A DNA stretch of 64,000 nt. Source: a virus. The first letter of the stretch is position 1. Every line of letters begins with the position of its first letter. The stretch lies in the IMG/VR virus record IMGVR_UViG_3300044641_005643; one strand, written 5' to 3'. The notes under the pieces are model-generated. The model ran no database searches, was not told the origin of the DNA, and saw only the letters and a list, made by a program, of their open reading frames with translations. The translations under genes and the position numbers were made by a program. Shown one piece after another: positions 1 to 10,305 of this stretch.

Positions 1-3000
1 TGGAAAACTGGCAATGTGTTGGTTCTGAGTCCTGTCAGTGACTATATAACAATTTTTAATCCAACTGCAATCATTGATGAAGTGACCGGTTCTGCATACG
101 GTAGTAGAATTTTAGATATAAACTCTAAAGCCATTAGAAAAAACAGTTTTACTGTAACAAGAGATAATGGACTGTTCACTATCAAGTGTATTGCAAATGA
201 AACTATCGGGTTTGCCACGTTTGATTTTGTTCAATACGAACATTTACTTTTATTAGATAATACAACAGTTTTCAATGATGTAATTTATGTGCCTGAAACT
301 GGAAGCAGACAATCAAGATTGAAACTTGTTGGTAATAAAACAGGATTATGGAATGGCAGTTTGGAATTACCAGGATACATTTACAGCAACGAAACAGTTC
401 CAGAATGGCTTGCTGGTAGTGATTATCTCAAAGGCTCCTTGGTAACTTATAAATCTTCACTATACACTGCATTACAAAACATTATAGCTGCTGACACTTT
501 CCAGATTGCTTTTTGGCAAAAAATAGATAATAACGAATTACGCTCGGGATTGATAAACAATTTTGCCACTAACGCTTCTCAATCATTGAGATACTATGAC
601 ATTAATGATCAACCAATCAACGAAGAAATACAGTTGTTCAGTAATGGGTTAATAGGTTTCAGACCTAGAGAATATTTTACAAATCTAGGAATTGATGTCA
701 CAACTCAATCAAAATTTTATCAAGGATTGATAAAACAAGGAGGAACTCTTAACGCAATTGATGCATTGCAAGGTTCGCAATTCAACAATTTAGGCACGCA
801 ACCGCTGACTGTTTATGAAAATTGGGCCATTCGAGTAGGTGAATACGGTGCTTTAGAAACAAATAATTTTCTTGAATTTGTTTTACCTGAGCAATTTTTT
901 AGAAATAATCCGTCAGTGTTCCAACTTGCTGATGTCGAATCAAACACTGACGTAGATATCAAAACATTTACGCAGCAGTCTGTATATAGGCAAAGTAGCG
1001 CATTTCAAGTTGATTTCCTAAAAACAGTTGATTACAACGAACCAGTAGAATTTAAACCATTACCAGTGGCCGGCTTTGTGCATTTAGATGATATCAATAA
1101 CACAGTGTTTGATATCAAAAATTATGAAAGCTATAGAGAAATTGCTGACGAAATTGGAATAGGTTATACTATTTGGACTGCTCGAGATCTAAACGATGAA
1201 TGGAATGTTTATAGAGCCACCCCAGTTCCGGGTTTGATTTTTATTCTACGTTACCATCTAAATTCACAAGCAGAATTCGTGTCCAACGCACCTCATGGTC
1301 TCCAGGAAAATGATATAGTTGCTTTGAAAAATTTTGATCCAAGATACAATGGTATGTATCTTGTTCAATCTATCGTGGATGACACAAGATTTTTAGCCAC
1401 AATATACAGCAACTTACAAGAATTAATTGAAAGTCAAGCCGTTCTTGGACAGGGTTTGCTATACAAATTAACAAGCAGTAAGTTTGCTACTCCATTGGAT
1501 ATTGTAAATTATGCACCTAATTCGGGGCTGATAAGAAATGACAAGGTGTGGGTTGAGACTGTTGATGACAAAGACAACTGGGGCGTATATACCAAAACTG
1601 ATCCTTGGATCTATAGAGAAACCATACAGCTAGATCAATATTCAGGTTTTGATCATTTTGGTAGTGCAATTGCACTGGATTTTACATCAACATATCTTTA
1701 TGCATCAGCTCCCGATTCCGGATCAGGAAGAATAGGTGTTTATTCAAGAGATTCTCAGGATGAATTCACTTTAAGAGCTTCATTGTTTAGTAATCACATT
1801 TATTCTCAGATCAATCAGTTCGGCAAGGTTATTGCTACTGGAACAAAGAATAACGTCAATAGCTACTTAATAGCAAGTGATCCAACAGCAACCAACGACA
1901 CTGGTGTGGTGTATGTTTTTAAAGACAGACTTCTACAGTGTATATTAACTGCTGAGTCAGGTGTCTCGGGCGACATGTTTGGTCACTCGTTGGCCTTAAG
2001 CGATGATGCTCAGTATCTATATGTTGGGGCACCAGGTGCCAATAAAGTTTATTGTTATGCAATCGATTACGAAAGACAGTCGGCAGTGCAAGAACTAATA
2101 CAACCAGACAATGGTTCTATTACAACCTTGAGTTTGACTGCCTTGATTGATAATGCAACTGATATTGTTGTATCAGCATCTATTATTGCATCGCAGTTTC
2201 TTCCCTACATTGATTACAATCTTGATAACACCATTGATGCTTCTATTGAAACATTTACATTTTCAGGAACCGCAGCATCGGGAACTGCAAATTACATCAA
2301 TGTTTCAGCCGTCGGGGGCAGTGGCACTGGTGCAACCTTTGATGTAGCTAGATCAGGCGGCGTATATACAGTAACTCTGAACAATCCTGGAAAAGGATAT
2401 GTGTTAAATGATACCATTAGTATTCTTGGTGAAGAGCTAGGAGGGTCTTCTCTAACCAACGGTCTAACTATTAACATCACAAAAGTTTTGGTTGGAATAA
2501 CTGGTTATACTCAAACTGGAGACAGACCCGCTGCAGGTACGGAAGTATTTTATTACAATCGAACAGCAACAGGCGGCACTGGTACCGGAGCCAAGTTCAG
2601 AGTTTCATATAGTTCTGCATCAGATTTTTACACATTGGTTTTAGAAAATGCAGGTGTTGATTATTTGATAGGAGATGTTCTAACGATTGATGGTGCCACT
2701 GTTGGTGGTTCAACTGGAGTTCATGATATTACAATTACTGTTACTGCCGTGGGCGCAGTAACAAACTTGGTATTTGCAACTCCACCAGCCAGTTTCCTTA
2801 TCATGTCAGTGGTCAAACCAGCAGAAAAATATATATTTTTAGAAACTTTACCCAAGTCTTCTGAAGTTGCTATTAACAGTGAATTTGGATCAGCTGTAGT
2901 TTGTAATTCAGATGGATCGGTAATTGCAGTTGGTGCCAGTAACACAACTGTCAATGATGTGAGCGGTGCAGGAGCTGTATTTGTTTATCATAGAACAAAA

Positions 3001-6000
3001 ACTGAATTAACTACCACTGGCTCTTCGAACACATTTACACTACCTGATCCTTTTGGTAATTTTTACAGAGTTTATTTAGATGGAGTTTTGCAGTACGATT
3101 TTACAAACAAACCAGAAGATGTTGATGCAGATTACACAATAACTAGTATTAACCCATCTCAGATTACTTTTGGAGATCCTGGGTCATCGTTCCTAGAACC
3201 ACGTAGAAAATTATTTGTTGAGACTAATCAATTTGTTTATGATCAGGTTTTATATTCAAACCTGACAGGCTCATTAAGTGACAATTTTGGTAGCGGCTTG
3301 GCCATGTGTAACACCGGGTGCAACATTTATGTTGTAAGTTCAAAATATATTGAGGCCGACTATTCTCAAGGTCTGGTCACTAGATTTTTAAACGTGGGCA
3401 GAATCTATGGAACTATTTTGTCCACTAAAACCAATCCAACAGTGACTCCTGGCCAAAGTATTATTATCAATGACAGATTGGTACAATTTTCAGGATCACA
3501 GTTGGCCAATGTGATTGCAGATATCAACCAAGCACTTATTCCGGGAGTAACTGCTAGCAATGAAAGCGGCAAACTGAGAATCACCAGTGATGTTACTGTT
3601 GTAGGAAACCGGTTAAACATATTGAATGGAAATCAAGGTACTCCATTAGCGGATCTTGGTCTAGAAGATTATAAATTTGTACAAGTGTTTAAACATCCTG
3701 AAACTGAACAACAATTTTACGGAACCAGCATAGCAGTTGATCAAACTACCGGAGTTTTAGTTATTGGAAGTGAGGGCGGAGATTACGATTTGCCTATAAG
3801 TTTTGATCAAGGGTTGCCACTAATTACAACCTTTGATGGAAATACAACAAACTTTATAGATGTTCTTAAAGACAGCGGAGCTGTGTATGTTTATGATTTA
3901 TTAGAAAACCCCAATGAAGACATAGACAATCCTTCACTGTTTGCCTACAGTCAAAAACTTTTTGGACCAGCACTAGATGACAATGTGAATTTTGGATCAA
4001 GTGTGGTTTTGAACGGAAAATATTTAATAGCCGGATTATCAAATGCAAGAACTATATCAAGTGAAAATGGAGAACTTTTTTATTTTTACAATGAAGATGA
4101 ACAAAGCGGATGGGCATTGTCAAGATTCCGTCAGCCAAGAGTTGATACCAACGCTGTTTTAAGTAGTTTTTTATATAATGTAAATTCACAACAAATTTTA
4201 GATTTTTTTGATTATCTTGACCCAGCCAAAGGAAAACTATTAGGCGTAGTAGATCAAGAATTGGATTATAAAGAAGAATATGACCCCGCTAGTTACAATC
4301 AATCCAATAGAGCTGACACAATCAATAACACAAATTTTTATTGGTCAGACAAACAGGTTGGTAGAATCTGGTGGGATTTGAGCACAATTAGTTTTATTGA
4401 TTATGAACAAGACGAAATAACTTACAGAATTAAAAACTGGGGCTCTTTATTTCCAGGCAGTCTAGTAACAATTTACGAATGGGTAGAAAGCGACTTTTTA
4501 CCAAGTCAGTACGTAGATTCGGTAGGTGATGGTGCTCCTAGATATGCCGACAATTCTGCATATTCATCCGTAACTTTTATTGATCCAGTTACTGGAATTG
4601 TAACTCAAAAGTATTACTACTGGGTGGTAGGAAAATCCAACGTTGATGTTCTTAAAACCAAACGAACTATCAGTGCGCTGGCTCTGCAGAATTATATTAC
4701 CAGTCCCAAAGATCAAAATATACCTTATCTAGCTTTGTTGGCTCCTAATGCAGTTGGTCTATACAACATAGCAGATAAACTGTCAGGCGAGAACGTTGCT
4801 ATTCATTTTGATCTTGCTCAAATAAGAAATACAAATCTGATACACACTGAATGGCAGCTTGTACAGCAAGGAGCTTCGCTTACCAATTTGCCAACAAAAA
4901 TAATTAACAAACTGAAAGACAGTTTGGCCGGGTTCGATGAACTAGGAGCTATTGTTCCAGATCCGGCGTTGAGTGCTCAAGACAAGCCGGGTGTCAGTCT
5001 TCTACCTAGACAATCTATGGTGATTCATAGAAACACAGCTATTACCACCTATGTAGAAACACTCAATTTGATTCTAGTAGAATATCCTATTTTATTATTA
5101 AGCACTCCTACTTCATTAAAGTCAGAAGAACCATTGCCAGTGTCGGGATTTGATGAACAAACAGACAGTGTTGATAATTTAAATTATATTGATACAACCA
5201 CACTGCCAAACGGTTACAAAATATTAGTTCCTTCCGATACCAATCATAACGGAAAATGGACAATTTATTCGTACAATAGTAGCACTGGGGAATTTGATCT
5301 AGTAAGAATACAAAGCTACAAATCAACACTATACTGGACTGCGATTGACTGGTACGATACTGTTTATCAACCTGGTACCACAATAGCCTATACTCTGAAT
5401 ACCTATGCAGAGATACAGACCATAAGTCCAATTGCAGGCGATTATATCAAAATCCTAGATGGCGGTAACGGAACTTGGATATTGTATGAGACACAGGATG
5501 ACCTGAGCTTGACTTTGATTGGTGCACAAAATGGCACACTGCAATTAAACAGAGCATTATACGATCCATCACTTGGCGGAGGATATGATACTACAACCTA
5601 TGATGTATCAGGCTATGATCCTATTCCTACTGAAGAATTTAGATTGATTTATGACGGAATGGTTCAGCAGATTCTAGTGGGCGAACTCAGTGTTGAATTC
5701 AACAATTTGTTCTTTGCGATGTTGAACTACATTTTTACCGAACAAAAGAGTCCGGACTGGGTAATAAAAACAAGTTTGATTGACGTCGTGCATGGTCTCA
5801 GATCTTTAGAGCAATTTCCAAACTTCACAAGAGACAACCAGGTCTTTTATCAGGACTATATCAACGAGGTAAAACCGTATAGGACTCAAATAAAAGAATA
5901 TATTCCTAATTATTTTAAACAAGATAATTTAGATAGCAATATAACTGATTTTGATTTGCCAAGTGCATATGATGCTCGCTTTGATCAATTTAGAAGCCCC

Positions 6001-9000
6001 AGTTTAAGCAATCAATTTGACAATGAATTATTTGAGCAACCAATCTATTCTGACTGGGCGAATAATTACAAATTTCAAATTGTAGATTTTATACTTGGAA
6101 ATATTGGTTTAGATTATACATTCCCTCCAAATGTTGAAATAACAGGAGGTGGTGGATCAGGTGCATCTGCAATCACTACATTGTATTCAAACGGATCCAT
6201 ATCGGGTATCACAATCATCAATCCTGGCGTGGGATATACATCTGCGCCTGACGTTACAATCAACGGCGATGGTATAGGTGGTCAAGCATACCCAATTTTA
6301 AAAAATCAATATTATTCATTACAAAGCAATCTAAGTTATAATTTGGTCAAAAATATTTTCACTACTTTAAAATTTGATCGAACCACTTATAGCAGTAACC
6401 TGGTAACTTGGACACCAAATACTTCTTATTCAAACATTGTAATATCCAGCGACACTTTAGATCCAGGTAATTTGTATATTGTATCTGGAAATTTAGTTGT
6501 ACATGAAAATGAAGTTTATCTTCCACAGAATGCGAATGCAACACCTTGGTTGGTCAATACTTTGTATCCTATAAACAGTTACATTTCATTTAGTAACAAT
6601 GTTTATTCAACATCGGGTAATGTTTATGCAAGTAGTTTTGCTGCTGCTTCTGTGCAGGCAAACGTAGAAATTGTTTCACAATTTGACTTTACAAGATTTT
6701 CTATAATTCAAGATGGAAATGTTTTACTCAACGCACTAGATAGAATAACAGCATACTATGAACCTACCGTAGGAATGCCTGGAAAAAATATTGACGAGTT
6801 ACTGTCGGGTACAAAATACCCAGCATCAAAGGTAACTGGACCTACGTTTAGAGCCAATGCTTTTGAAGTTTCAAGCAATATCATTTCTTTCAATTATGAT
6901 GGTTTAACAATTAACAGTGGAAACACAGCACAGTTTGACTTTTTAGATTTGGGATTTGATCTAGACAAAACCATTAGAATCGAAGCCAACGTGCCTTTTG
7001 ACTTTCAAAATAATGGATATTTTAGAATCGTGGGAGTTGATAGAGACACCATGATTTTGACAGGTCAGCCTGTTGAAACAACATTTAAAGTCACATTGAG
7101 TCAAAACATCAATGCCAATGTTGGTGATTATCTTACTCAGGCCAATTCTAGTGGAAATGCCTGGGTGTTACAGTCTGTAACCAATTCTAATCAAGTTGAT
7201 ATCATTTATATTACACCTGGATTTTTAACTGTCCCGAGTGGTAATGTATATGCCAATTTACAAATTAGTAAAAATGGCACACCTTTAAACGCAAATGTAA
7301 CGTCAATATCTAATTTTGATAAAACATTTACACCAATTGCATCAGGCGGAAATGTTGAAGTAACTATTGCTTATCTTGATCAAGATTACATTGTTGATTC
7401 AAATATTTACAGCACATATTTAGATACTGAATTAGGCACAAGACCTGAAGATATCAATATAGTAGGCGGAGCCTATTTTGACATTTATTCAAGTCATGCT
7501 CCGGAAGAACTTGTGCCTGGTAGAATGTATGACGCCATGGAAATGCGTGTGTTTAGTAACACCGCTGGTAACACAGCCACTTACGGTTACAGAGTGTTCC
7601 AACCAATGAGCGCCAATATAACCTACAGTAGAATTAGTGCCAATGCTACCACAACACTCGCTAACAATTTGCTTTATTCAGATCAAGAAATTTTAGTAAG
7701 TGATGTGACCAAGTTACCTGAGCCAAATGTACCAGCTGGTATTCCTGGAGTGGTCTATATCAATGGTGAAAAAATTCATTATTACCAAAGATACGATGCA
7801 GTCAAACTGAGCACAGCAGTGGCCTGGACAGCAAACACTGAAATTGCAAAAAATTCTTTGATTGTGATCAACAGTAATACATTCTTAACACTAGGCAACG
7901 TATATGCAAATTCCGAGTCATATATTAATTCGGCAAATATACAATTAGTGAAAAATAATTCTTTGCGTCAATTGCGCAGAGGTGTAGATGGTACGGGCAT
8001 AAGTGCAAATGTTAGTAGTGGAAATTTAGTATCCGACGGTAGTGTGATTCAAACTATACCAGAGGCTCAAATAACCAGCGCACAAACTATCACCGGTAAT
8101 CTACATGTTACATCAAACGCCACTTACAGAGCAGTGCTATCCAGCCCAATCACAGCAAGCATAGGTGATTACATTACACAATTTGCAGGGAATACAGGTA
8201 ATGCAAGAATAGTAGGCGGAAATGTAAAAGGTTACAGATTGTTCTTGTCAGGAAATACCAGTCAGCTTGAAGGGAATGTTATTACTCAATTTGGTACTTC
8301 GAATGCCACAGCTACAATTGTTGAAACTGTCAATAACTCTACCACATTGATTGTGACACCAAACAGTAAATTTATCAGTTCTTTGGTTGATCCTGTGTAT
8401 GTCAATAACAAACTGACAGGTCTTTACATCACCAGAGTTGAAAAAGATATAATAGAAGATGATGTTGTAGCTGTTGATATTGTATCCCCAGGACTATGGG
8501 CAACTGCAAATCTTGATTATACTTTGACTTTGAGTAATGCAATTAGTGCTGCCAAGAACGATATAATAACACAGTTCTATGATCCAGATACTTACTTAGT
8601 GGAGTTTTCAAGTCCTATTACATCTAATGTGGGCGACTACATAACTCAGTTCCAAGGCAACACATACAGATTACAATTGGATAAGACTATAAGCGCAAAC
8701 ATCGGGGACTACATTACTCAATTTGTAGGTAATGTATCAAATCTTCAAGTTATTGATGCAAATGTAGTTTCAAATTTTGTTAATGTACAATTTGTCACGG
8801 GCAATGTAGAAAATCTAAAATTTGCTACCAATATTGGCACCAGAGTCAATATTGCTAACTTGTACAGTTTTGGTGGATCGGTGTTTAGCAATACTTCGGC
8901 CAACATTGTCAGTATCTATCAAAAAGCATTCTCACCGAGCGTTGTAAATGTTGGCAATGCCAACTTGCGTGTTACAAGAAGCAGTTTTAACAGTAATGTT

Positions 9001-9606
9001 ATACCAGTTCAATTTATTACCGGCGATGTTAATGTAATTAAGACAGCTGCCAATGTAGGCACTAGGGCCAATATTGCCAATTTGCAAGCAAATACATTTA
9101 ATTTTACAACAGCAAACATAGTTAGTATAACAATTGCACCTAATGTTAAAACTGTGTTTAGAGTGCGTTCAAATGTAAGCTCTTCATTTACAGTTCCAGT
9201 AGAATTCATATCTGGTAACACTGCCACGTTGAAACTGGCCACTAACGTTGCTACCAGAATTATTGATTCAACTAACTTTATAACCAATGCAAATGTTGTG
9301 TCTATAAGTTTAGACGGATTCGGAAGCAATACCTTTGGTAATGCTGACACAAGAATCAGCGTAGCAAGTAAAACTATTGGTGTAGTTAGCACAACTGCTA
9401 ACATTTTAACTTTACAACCAATTGGAGATATTACATTTACCAATAATTTACAGTATCCGAGAAGTTTGTTGTCGAATGGAAATGTAGTTCTAAACGGTGT
9501 AACAACTTTAAAGAGTAACATTTGGGAACAGTTTGGTGTCACATTACAAAATAGCACCACTGCGGCAGCACAATTTATTAGAGAGCAGACTAGTTATATA
9601 CCATGA
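1..9606 (+). CDS. Giant virion structural protein (baseplate/tail-associated), 5'-truncated by the window edge
   Basis: Frame is open from base 1 (tgg aaa act ggc aat gtg...), so the true start is upstream. Contains seven FG-GAP-like repeats, Gly-rich GxGY repeats typical of myovirus structural proteins, and C-terminal GDYITQ repeats. Lies at the head of the tail gene block. Confidence 0.75.
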   Translation, partial: WKTGNVLVLSPVSDYITIFNPTAIIDEVTGSAYGSRILDINSKAIRKNSFTVTRDNGLFTIKCIANETIGFATFDFVQYEHLLLLDNTTVFNDVIYVPETGSRQSRLKLVGNKTGLWNGSLELPGYIYSNETVPEWLAGSDYLKGSLVTYKSSLYTALQNIIAADTFQIAFWQKIDNNELRSGLINNFATNASQSLRYYDINDQPINEEIQLFSNGLIGFRPREYFTNLGIDVTTQSKFYQGLIKQGGTLNAIDALQGSQFNNLGTQPLTVYENWAIRVGEYGALETNNFLEFVLPEQFFRNNPSVFQLADVESNTDVDIKTFTQQSVYRQSSAFQVDFLKTVDYNEPVEFKPLPVAGFVHLDDINNTVFDIKNYESYREIADEIGIGYTIWTARDLNDEWNVYRATPVPGLIFILRYHLNSQAEFVSNAPHGLQENDIVALKNFDPRYNGMYLVQSIVDDTRFLATIYSNLQELIESQAVLGQGLLYKLTSSKFATPLDIVNYAPNSGLIRNDKVWVETVDDKDNWGVYTKTDPWIYRETIQLDQYSGFDHFGSAIALDFTSTYLYASAPDSGSGRIGVYSRDSQDEFTLRASLFSNHIYSQINQFGKVIATGTKNNVNSYLIASDPTATNDTGVVYVFKDRLLQCILTAESGVSGDMFGHSLALSDDAQYLYVGAPGANKVYCYAIDYERQSAVQELIQPDNGSITTLSLTALIDNATDIVVSASIIASQFLPYIDYNLDNTIDASIETFTFSGTAASGTANYINVSAVGGSGTGATFDVARSGGVYTVTLNNPGKGYVLNDTISILGEELGGSSLTNGLTINITKVLVGITGYTQTGDRPAAGTEVFYYNRTATGGTGTGAKFRVSYSSASDFYTLVLENAGVDYLIGDVLTIDGATVGGSTGVHDITITVTAVGAVTNLVFATPPASFLIMSVVKPAEKYIFLETLPKSSEVAINSEFGSAVVCNSDGSVIAVGASNTTVNDVSGAGAVFVYHRTKTELTTTGSSNTFTLPDPFGNFYRVYLDGVLQYDFTNKPEDVDADYTITSINPSQITFGDPGSSFLEPRRKLFVETNQFVYDQVLYSNLTGSLSDNFGSGLAMCNTGCNIYVVSSKYIEADYSQGLVTRFLNVGRIYGTILSTKTNPTVTPGQSIIINDRLVQFSGSQLANVIADINQALIPGVTASNESGKLRITSDVTVVGNRLNILNGNQGTPLADLGLEDYKFVQVFKHPETEQQFYGTSIAVDQTTGVLVIGSEGGDYDLPISFDQGLPLITTFDGNTTNFIDVLKDSGAVYVYDLLENPNEDIDNPSLFAYSQKLFGPALDDNVNFGSSVVLNGKYLIAGLSNARTISSENGELFYFYNEDEQSGWALSRFRQPRVDTNAVLSSFLYNVNSQQILDFFDYLDPAKGKLLGVVDQELDYKEEYDPASYNQSNRADTINNTNFYWSDKQVGRIWWDLSTISFIDYEQDEITYRIKNWGSLFPGSLVTIYEWVESDFLPSQYVDSVGDGAPRYADNSAYSSVTFIDPVTGIVTQKYYYWVVGKSNVDVLKTKRTISALALQNYITSPKDQNIPYLALLAPNAVGLYNIADKLSGENVAIHFDLAQIRNTNLIHTEWQLVQQGASLTNLPTKIINKLKDSLAGFDELGAIVPDPALSAQDKPGVSLLPRQSMVIHRNTAITTYVETLNLILVEYPILLLSTPTSLKSEEPLPVSGFDEQTDSVDNLNYIDTTTLPNGYKILVPSDTNHNGKWTIYSYNSSTGEFDLVRIQSYKSTLYWTAIDWYDTVYQPGTTIAYTLNTYAEIQTISPIAGDYIKILDGGNGTWILYETQDDLSLTLIGAQNGTLQLNRALYDPSLGGGYDTTTYDVSGYDPIPTEEFRLIYDGMVQQILVGELSVEFNNLFFAMLNYIFTEQKSPDWVIKTSLIDVVHGLRSLEQFPNFTRDNQVFYQDYINEVKPYRTQIKEYIPNYFKQDNLDSNITDFDLPSAYDARFDQFRSPSLSNQFDNELFEQPIYSDWANNYKFQIVDFILGNIGLDYTFPPNVEITGGGGSGASAITTLYSNGSISGITIINPGVGYTSAPDVTINGDGIGGQAYPILKNQYYSLQSNLSYNLVKNIFTTLKFDRTTYSSNLVTWTPNTSYSNIVISSDTLDPGNLYIVSGNLVVHENEVYLPQNANATPWLVNTLYPINSYISFSNNVYSTSGNVYASSFAAASVQANVEIVSQFDFTRFSIIQDGNVLLNALDRITAYYEPTVGMPGKNIDELLSGTKYPASKVTGPTFRANAFEVSSNIISFNYDGLTINSGNTAQFDFLDLGFDLDKTIRIEANVPFDFQNNGYFRIVGVDRDTMILTGQPVETTFKVTLSQNINANVGDYLTQANSSGNAWVLQSVTNSNQVDIIYITPGFLTVPSGNVYANLQISKNGTPLNANVTSISNFDKTFTPIASGGNVEVTIAYLDQDYIVDSNIYSTYLDTELGTRPEDINIVGGAYFDIYSSHAPEELVPGRMYDAMEMRVFSNTAGNTATYGYRVFQPMSANITYSRISANATTTLANNLLYSDQEILVSDVTKLPEPNVPAGIPGVVYINGEKIHYYQRYDAVKLSTAVAWTANTEIAKNSLIVINSNTFLTLGNVYANSESYINSANIQLVKNNSLRQLRRGVDGTGISANVSSGNLVSDGSVIQTIPEAQITSAQTITGNLHVTSNATYRAVLSSPITASIGDYITQFAGNTGNARIVGGNVKGYRLFLSGNTSQLEGNVITQFGTSNATATIVETVNNSTTLIVTPNSKFISSLVDPVYVNNKLTGLYITRVEKDIIEDDVVAVDIVSPGLWATANLDYTLTLSNAISAAKNDIITQFYDPDTYLVEFSSPITSNVGDYITQFQGNTYRLQLDKTISANIGDYITQFVGNVSNLQVIDANVVSNFVNVQFVTGNVENLKFATNIGTRVNIANLYSFGGSVFSNTSANIVSIYQKAFSPSVVNVGNANLRVTRSSFNSNVIPVQFITGDVNVIKTAANVGTRANIANLQANTFNFTTANIVSITIAPNVKTVFRVRSNVSSSFTVPVEFISGNTATLKLATNVATRIIDSTNFITNANVVSISLDGFGSNTFGNADTRISVASKTIGVVSTTANILTLQPIGDITFTNNLQYPRSLLSNGNVVLNGVTTLKSNIWEQFGVTLQNSTTAAAQFIREQTSYIP

Positions 9607-9613
9607 ATACCTC

Positions 9614-9621
9614 ACTAAATA
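9614..9621 (+). promoter_or_regulatory. Putative T4-type late promoter (ACTAAATA)
   Basis: TAAATA core just upstream of a structural gene start. Confidence 0.35.
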
Positions 9622-9626
9622 GTAAT

Positions 9627-10301
9627 ATGGAATCAAAAATGGAAAATTTACAACAAGATAAAGACAATAATACGAAGCCAGATGAAATAGGTGGCTTAAA
9701 TGTACAGGGTCACATCAAGATTTTTGACCCCGAATCAGGTGAAATTTTTATCGAAAAACGTAACGCCATTCATTATGAAAATATAAGTGAAGCGATTGGT
9801 TACACATTGGCCAACAAAGGACAAAGCTATATTTTTGAAATGCATTTTGGCAATGGTGGAACAAGTGTAGATCCTACTGGAATTATTAACTATTTGCCAC
9901 CAAACACAAACACAGGTAACAGTAATCTTTACAATCCAACTTTTGCCAAAATTGTAGATAATACCAGTGCTTTAAATGCTGACCCTACTAGAAACAAAAT
10001 GGAAGTCAGACATGTTCCTGGCCGTGTGTATAGCGATATTGTGGTCAGTTGTTTATTGGATTATGGCGAACCTCCGGGGCAAAGTGCATTTGATAATAGC
10101 ACAACCTTGGAAGATACCTACACGTTTGATGAACTTGGTCTAAAAGCCAGAAGTAATGATGGTACGTCGGGATTGACAACTACAGGAAAATTACTAACGC
10201 ATGTTATTTTCCATCCAGTACAAAAAAGTTTAAATCGATTGATACAGATTGATTACACAATTAGAATACAAACTTTAACCAATTTAAGTAGCATAGGATA
10301 A
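9627..10301 (+). CDS. Conserved virion/baseplate-associated protein
   Basis: ORF 9603..10301; ATG at 9627 follows an ACTAAATA box. C-terminal FDELGL...LLTHVIFHPVQKSLNR.IQIDYTIRI resembles tail-collar/baseplate proteins; structural gene context. Confidence 0.55.
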   Translation: MESKMENLQQDKDNNTKPDEIGGLNVQGHIKIFDPESGEIFIEKRNAIHYENISEAIGYTLANKGQSYIFEMHFGNGGTSVDPTGIINYLPPNTNTGNSNLYNPTFAKIVDNTSALNADPTRNKMEVRHVPGRVYSDIVVSCLLDYGEPPGQSAFDNSTTLEDTYTFDELGLKARSNDGTSGLTTTGKLLTHVIFHPVQKSLNRLIQIDYTIRIQTLTNLSSIG

Positions 10302-10305
10302 TATA

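Noticed and set aside
8120-9426. CRISPR-like or DNA-level direct repeats
   Set aside because: The repeats are degenerate at DNA level and conserved only as protein motifs; there are no identical repeats with spacers.
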